Assembly (NCBI RefSeq): GCF_018977255.1
Contig: NW_024704742.1
Coordinates: 5,830,001 to 5,894,000 of the forward strand
DNA length: 64,000 nucleotides
Reading direction: 5' to 3'
Source of the DNA: Callorhinchus milii
Lineage: Eukaryota
Shown: positions 62,001-64,000 of the stretch, one piece after another
Position numbering within the stretch: position 1 is the stretch's first letter
Layout of the letters: each line of letters begins with the position of its first letter
Translations under genes and position numbers: made by a program
Notes under the pieces: model-generated
Seen by the model: the letters and a program-made list of their open reading frames with translations, nothing else
The model's database searches: none
Told to the model about the DNA's origin: nothing

Positions 62001-64000
62001 AGGTGTTTTTAACCTTCAATCAATTAAATTATTAGAATGACAATTTTACGCATTCAATTGTCAATGAAATAAATTACAATAACATTTATTTTATTTAAAT
62101 ATCAAATAAAAATAAATTACAGGCATAAAGAGGGATTTTATCTTCAACTTTCACATGTTGCAGACAGTATCAGACAGAAAGAGTGTCTGTAGGGGTGGGC
62201 GGCCGGATTTATTAATGGTTAAATGAATGTCCTGCACCGATGCCAAAAGTTCAGCAACACTTTTATTGTCAGTTTAGTGTTGATAATGAATCCACTTGAA
62301 ACAGCGCGTGCTTATATTCACTGTAACCTAATGGCAAACCGTGTGCAGCTGGCGTTTCAAAGCTTAGGATTTAATCCGGGTGTACTTTTTGATCGTTAGC
62401 AATGTCACCTGGTGAACTGCGTTCCCGGCATATGTTTGAGCACACAAGCAGAGAGGTCCTGCCCTGGTTAACAACAACCCGAGTCAGCAGTAGCGCAATT
62501 TTCCTTTCTAATAATCTCTCGAGCGAACAATGTATTCTACGTGCAGACTCTACTTCATTCAGCTACTTTCTTGTACAATAGAAAATACGGGGGGCTCGCT
62601 AACCTGAGATAAAATGACAACGCGGCCTATTTAGATGTCAGCCCGTCTCAGTTGACAGCACTCTCGCCTCAGAGTCAGAAGGTTGTGGGTTCAAGCCTCA
62701 AGTCCTTGGGAATTTCAACTCAAGTAGTCTTGGCTCAAGCTCCGATGCAGTATTGGATTTATTAATGGTTAAATTAATGTCCTGCACCAATGCCAAAAGT
62801 TCAGCAACGACTTTTGCCTCTGCATACCGCTCAGCTCCCACCCCCAGCTTGACAAGTGCTTTGAGATGTCCTTCTAGTGTAAGAGGCGTGATATCAACGT
62901 AAATTCGATTGTACTTGAACATCAAACAACGATAGCAATGGATTGTGCAAAATAATTCCTCAATTAAGTGACATTCGTGAGATACAATCCAAAACTTAAC
63001 CGGTTAATGTGCTTCCTGATATAGAATACGCGGATCGAATATTTGAGTGATCTAACGCACAGTGTGGCTGGTATGTTGCCAAATTAAAAAGAGATAGAAA
63101 GAGTAAATTAATGATGCGTCCATTATAATAAGCACAGACTTCAGCGCAGAAGGGATCCATTTGACCCATTGTGTCTGGACAACATCACTGCCAATGCTTC
63201 CAATTGCAATGTATAAGTAAGATCATAACATTGGCTCTTGCTGCTGCATTCTGCAGCACATTCCATTGTGATTCACCAGTACAGGGTGCGGACACGGCAA
63301 ATATATTGCCTGCAGTGCCGTCAAAACATTCACAAGGAAGTATTGGGTGGAACACAACCGCTGCAAACAATTAATAAGCAGAACGCTCCGTCTCTGAAGA
63401 AAACACATCGCATCACACTCCCAACAGAGTCCAGTGCCTTGAGGAGAGTGAATTTCCGAGCTTTAATCATAATCATCCTTTCATTTGACGTAACATTCTT
63501 CACACTGGATGGCCCAAAGTGCTTCACAGTGGATGCACTGTAAAGTGGAGTGACTGTTTTGTAGGTGAACCTCCTCCCTCCCACCCAACGCCCTCCACCC
63601 CCAACCCACCCCCCACCAGCTCAGCCACTGTTAAGCACTTTGAGACGCTGCCCCACGTAAAAGTGCAGGGCGCTACATAAATTCAAGTTGTCGATGAACG
63701 TGGCAGTCATTCACGCACAGCAAGGTCCAGCAAAACGCCTCCATGTGTTTGAATAGCCAGCTGTTGGTCCAGTTAGACATATCTTTAGGAAAGGAGATGC
63801 AGGGCTTCTGTTGCCCCCTGTGGATGGAGGTACTCGCAGCAAAAACACACAGGAGGGGGAACCAAAGTGCGGGAATCACAGCAGAGAGAGAGCGCTCGTC
63901 AAAGTACCAAGTGACGTCCTCTCTCTCTCTGTGACCAGGGCTCCCTCTGCCTCCTCGTCCTCCTGGATCTCTCCGCTACATTCAACACAGTCGATTACAC

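Overview
Eukaryotic (vertebrate) genomic DNA. The SINE/LINE content points to a cartilaginous fish, most likely a chimaera such as Callorhinchus milii (inferred from repeat content only). The window holds one complete protein-coding gene, ADAMTS3 (procollagen N-proteinase family), on the minus strand. I traced all 22 coding exons by hand from the ATG at 61426 to the TAG at 11337; all introns are GT-AG and phases are consistent, giving 3360 nt or 1119 aa. The rest is repeat-rich intron and flank: tRNA-head SINEs, Deu-type SINEs, L2 and CR1 LINE fragments, a Penelope GIY-YIG fragment with a degenerate hammerhead ribozyme, a Tx1-like ORF1 relic, a Ginger2-like integrase relic between long inverted repeats, a Harbinger Myb/SANT relic, an unclassified ~0.8 kb repeat family and several local duplications. 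I see no well-supported new biological system. The best leads are an in-frame open extension behind the ADAMTS3 stop codon, the Ginger2-like element, the unclassified repeat, an intronic ETS/RUNX cluster and the direct repeats around exon 17. Family assignments rest on remembered consensus sequences, not database searches, and repeat boundaries are approximate.
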